Source: Macrostomum lignano (Eukaryota). Taken from it: a stretch of DNA of 64,000 nt. Positions 60,685 through 64,000 of the stretch are shown here, piece after piece. Both the position numbers and the translations under genes were made by a program. The notes beneath the pieces are model-generated. The model was not told the origin of the DNA and did not search any database. It worked only from the letters and a program-made list of their open reading frames with translations. The stretch spans positions 783,992 through 847,991 of the forward strand of contig NIVC01000105.1 of assembly GCA_002269645.1 (NCBI GenBank), written 5' to 3'. The number at the start of each line of letters is the position of its first letter. Position 1 is the first letter of the stretch.

Positions 60685-63380
60685 ATGAAGCGCTCCTTCG
60701 AAGCCGTCGCCATGTCGGAGATGCAATACCTGCAGCTCCCGTTGTCCCGCGGTGGCAGCCTCGGCAGCGCCAGCGGATCAGTTGTTGGCGGCCCTAACGA
60801 TGAGCCCCCAGCCGTTTTAAACTCTATCGAAGTTTCAACTTCGCATGATCTGTCTCACCAGCTGGACCAGCACCACCACCAGCAGCAGCAGCAGCAGCAG
60901 CACATTGTTGTCCGACCAACAGTTTCAGTCAGCATTGCCAGCGCTAGCGGCTCCGGTTCTGGTCCAATCGCTAAAGTGCCTACAGGTGTACAGCCGCACT
61001 CAGTCTACCTGACTGGCTTTGGCGGCGGCAGCCACCTGATGCATCATCAGCATCATCATCAGCAGCAGCAGATGCTGGCTTCTCCGCCAATAGTTGATGA
61101 AGACGTCATCACGGTGCCAAGCGCCCTGTTGAGTGGCGAGGACTTGGACCCGCCGCCTGCCAACACGCCGCTACTGCCAGATCGCGAGGAGTTCAACACC
61201 CACCTGATCAATCACTACCCGCCCACCAGCCGATCGATTGGCGGCGAAATTCGTCAGGAATTTGCTGATAGGATTATCAGCTTCCTGAAAGATCCAAGAA
61301 CTGAGCAGGACTCCGCCTTTAGGCTGTTTGTGAGGAAAAAGCAGTTCAGAATTTTACAGGTTAGTTACTGTAAATTTTCTTTTATAGTTTTTCTTCATCT
61401 TTTATAATCAAACCTTTAATCCCTAAATTTAGACGTCTTATTAAAATGAGAATCGCCCTTTACTCCACTCTCTCTAAGAATCACCCTTTAATCCACTCTG
61501 AGAATCGCGCTTTAATCCACTCTATTAGAATCGCCCTTTAATCCACTCTATGATAATCACCCTTTAATCCACTCTATGAGAAAGGCCCTTTAATCCACTC
61601 TATGAGAAAGGCCCTTTAATCCACTCTATGAGAATCGCCCTTTAATCCACTCTATGAGAAAGGCCCTTTAATCCACTCTATGAGAATCGCCCTTTAATCC
61701 ACTCTATGATAATCACCCTTTAATCCACTCTATGATAATCGCCCTTTAATCCACTCTATGATAATCGCCCTTTAATCCACTCTATGAGAAAGGCTCTTTA
61801 ATCCACTCTATGAGAATCGCCCTTTAATCCACTCTATGAGAATCACCCTTTAATCCACTCTATGATAATCGCCCTTTAATCCACTCTATGAGAAAGGCCC
61901 TTTAATCCACTCTATGAGAAAGGCCCTTTAATCCACTCTATGAGAAAGGCCCTTTAATCCACTCTATGAGAAAGGCCCTTTAATCCACTCTATGAGAATC
62001 GCCCTTTAATCCACTCTATGAGAATCACCCTTTAATCCACTCTATGAGAATCGCCCTTTAATCCACTCTATGAGAATCGCCCTTTAATCCACTCTATGAG
62101 AATCGCCCTTTAATCCACTCTCTTTGAGAATCTCACTTTAATCCACTCTATGATAATCGCCCTTTAATCCACTCTATGAGAATCGCCCTTTAATCCACTC
62201 TATGAGAATCGCCCTTTAATCCACTCTCTTTGAGAATCTCACTTTAATCCACTCTATGATAATCACCCTTTAATCCACTCTCTCTGAGAATCTCACTTTA
62301 ATCCACTCTATGATAATCACCCTTTAATCCACTCTATGAGAATCGTCCTTTAATCCACTTTATGAGAATCGCCCTTGAATCCACTCTATGAGAATCGCCC
62401 TTTAATCCACTCTATGAGAATCGCCCTTTAATCCACTCTATGAGAATCGCCCTTTAATCCACTCTCTTTGAGAATCTCACTTTAATCCACTCTATGATAA
62501 TCACCCTTTAATCCACTCTCTCTGAGAATCTCACTTTAATCCACTCTATGATAATCACCCTTTAATCCACTCTATGAGAATCGCCCTTTAATCCACTCTC
62601 TTTGAGAATCTCACTTTAATCCACTCTATGATAATCACCCTTTAATCCACTCTCTCTGAGAATCTCACTTTAATCCACTCTATGATAATCACCCTTTAAT
62701 CCACTCTATGATAATCACCCTTTAATCCACTCTCTTTGAGAATCTCACTTTAATCCACTCTATGATAATCACCCTTTAATCCACTCTCTCTGAGAATCTC
62801 ACTTTAATCCACTCTATGATAATCACCCTTTAATCCACTCTATGAGAATCGCCCTTTAATCCACTCTCTCTGAGAATCTCCCTTTAATCCACTCTCTTTG
62901 AGAATCTCACTTTAATCCACTCTATGATAATCACCCTTTAATCCACTCTCTCTGAGAATCTCCCTTTAATCCACTCTCTTTGAGAATCTCACTTTAATCC
63001 ACTCTATGATAATCACCCTTTAATCCACTCTCTCTGAGAATCGCCCTTTAATCCACTCTATGAGAATCGCCCTTTAATCCACCGTAAGGACTAGACGCCA
63101 CTTAATAATCCACCCTAAGAGTCCTCTTCAGTTTACTTTCTAACATTTGCTTCTCCTAATCTACACTAATCCCCATAAACCAGGTGCCCAGCGCAGGCGG
63201 CGGCATGCGAGAGATCCTGGTGTGCTCTCGCAAAGAAGGCGACAGCAACGTATTCAAACGCGTGGCCACTGTTGAGCGCTTCTACGATATTCTGAGCGCC
63301 TACCACATTCAAGACGGCATTCATTGCGGCATTAAGAAGACGCAGACTTCTCTGGGCGAGCAGTATCACAAAATACCCAG
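60685..63380 (+). CDS. NOL4/NOL4L-like protein, first two coding exons (60685-61359, 63184-63380); continues beyond the window
   Basis: Poly-Q/H N-terminus; AFRLFVRKKQF, KRVATVERFYDILSAYH and HCGIKKTQTSLGEQYHKIPR match my recollection of NOL4 FKFWVKSKGF, RRVAVVEDFFDIIYSMH and HAGQKRTYKAISESYAFLPR; GT-AG intron in phase 0. Confidence 0.75.
61450..63082. repeat. 26-28-bp minisatellite filling intron 1 of the NOL4-like gene
   Basis: AATCGCCCTTTAATCCACTCTATGAG and variants, with higher-order blocks in the 3' half. Confidence 0.97.
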
Positions 63381-63414
63381 GTTTGTGCTCGGGTGGGAGG
63401 GGCAGCGGAGACTC

Positions 63415-64000
63415 AATGAGGGATCTGCAGGATGGGGAAATCAGTTAGGGATCTGCAGAATGGGGAAATCAGTTAGGGATCTGCAGGATGGGGAAATTAG
63501 TGAGGGATCTGCAGGATGGGGAAATCAGTGAGGGATCTGCAGGATGGGGAAATCAGTGAGGGATCTGCAGGATGGGGAAATCAGTGAGGGATCTGCAGGA
63601 TGGGGAGACTCAGTGAGGGCTCTGCAGGATGGGGAGACTCAGTGAGGGATCTGCAGGATGGGGAGATTCAGTGAGGGATCTGCAGGATGGGGAGACTCAG
63701 TGAGGGATCTGCAGGATGGGGAGATTCAGTGAGGGATCTGCAGGATGGGGAGACTCAGTGAGGGATCTGCAGGATGGGGAGACTCAGTGAGGGATCTGCA
63801 GGATGGGGAAATCAGTGAGGGATCTGCAGGATGGGGAAATCAGTGAGGGATCTGCAGGATGGGGAAATCAGTGAGGGATCTGCAGGATGGGGAAATCAGT
63901 GAGGGATCTGCAGGTTGGGGAGACTCAGTGAGGGATCTGCAGAATTGGGAAATCAGTGAGGGATCTGCAGGTTGGGGAGACTCAGTGAGGGATCTGGGAC
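63415..64000. repeat. 28-bp G-rich minisatellite in intron 2 of the NOL4-like gene
   Basis: GAGGGATCTGCAGGATGGGG(AAA/AGAC)TCAGT. Confidence 0.97.

Overview
Eukaryotic (animal) genomic DNA. The GC-rich exons, CAG-rich coding tracts and minisatellite-filled introns resemble a free-living flatworm such as Macrostomum, but that is an inference. Three spliced host genes can be reconstructed: a complete 9-exon B3GLCT-like Fringe-family glycosyltransferase (minus, 29668-35804), a complete 2-exon RWDD1 (minus, 37000-38948) and the first two coding exons of a NOL4-like gene (plus, from 60685). The rest is mostly nested transposon debris. It includes two Ty3/Gypsy elements, a stack of CACTA/EnSpm elements (10-26 kb), two mariner copies, a near-intact Merlin, two MULE-like elements with 9-bp TSDs, a Penelope-like RT fragment, a decayed LINE RNase H, MITEs and many minisatellites. 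The most unusual observations are four. (1) The first Gypsy Gag carries a cold-shock domain between its CCHC knuckle and protease. (2) A TGG->TAG / CCA(G)->CTA(G) signature appears in TEs and host exons. (3) A repeated CACTA module pairs a spliced coiled-coil+BEN-like gene with a transposase, and another CACTA ORF carries a CIDE-N-like domain. (4) A 193-bp inverted duplication surrounds a rearranged mariner.
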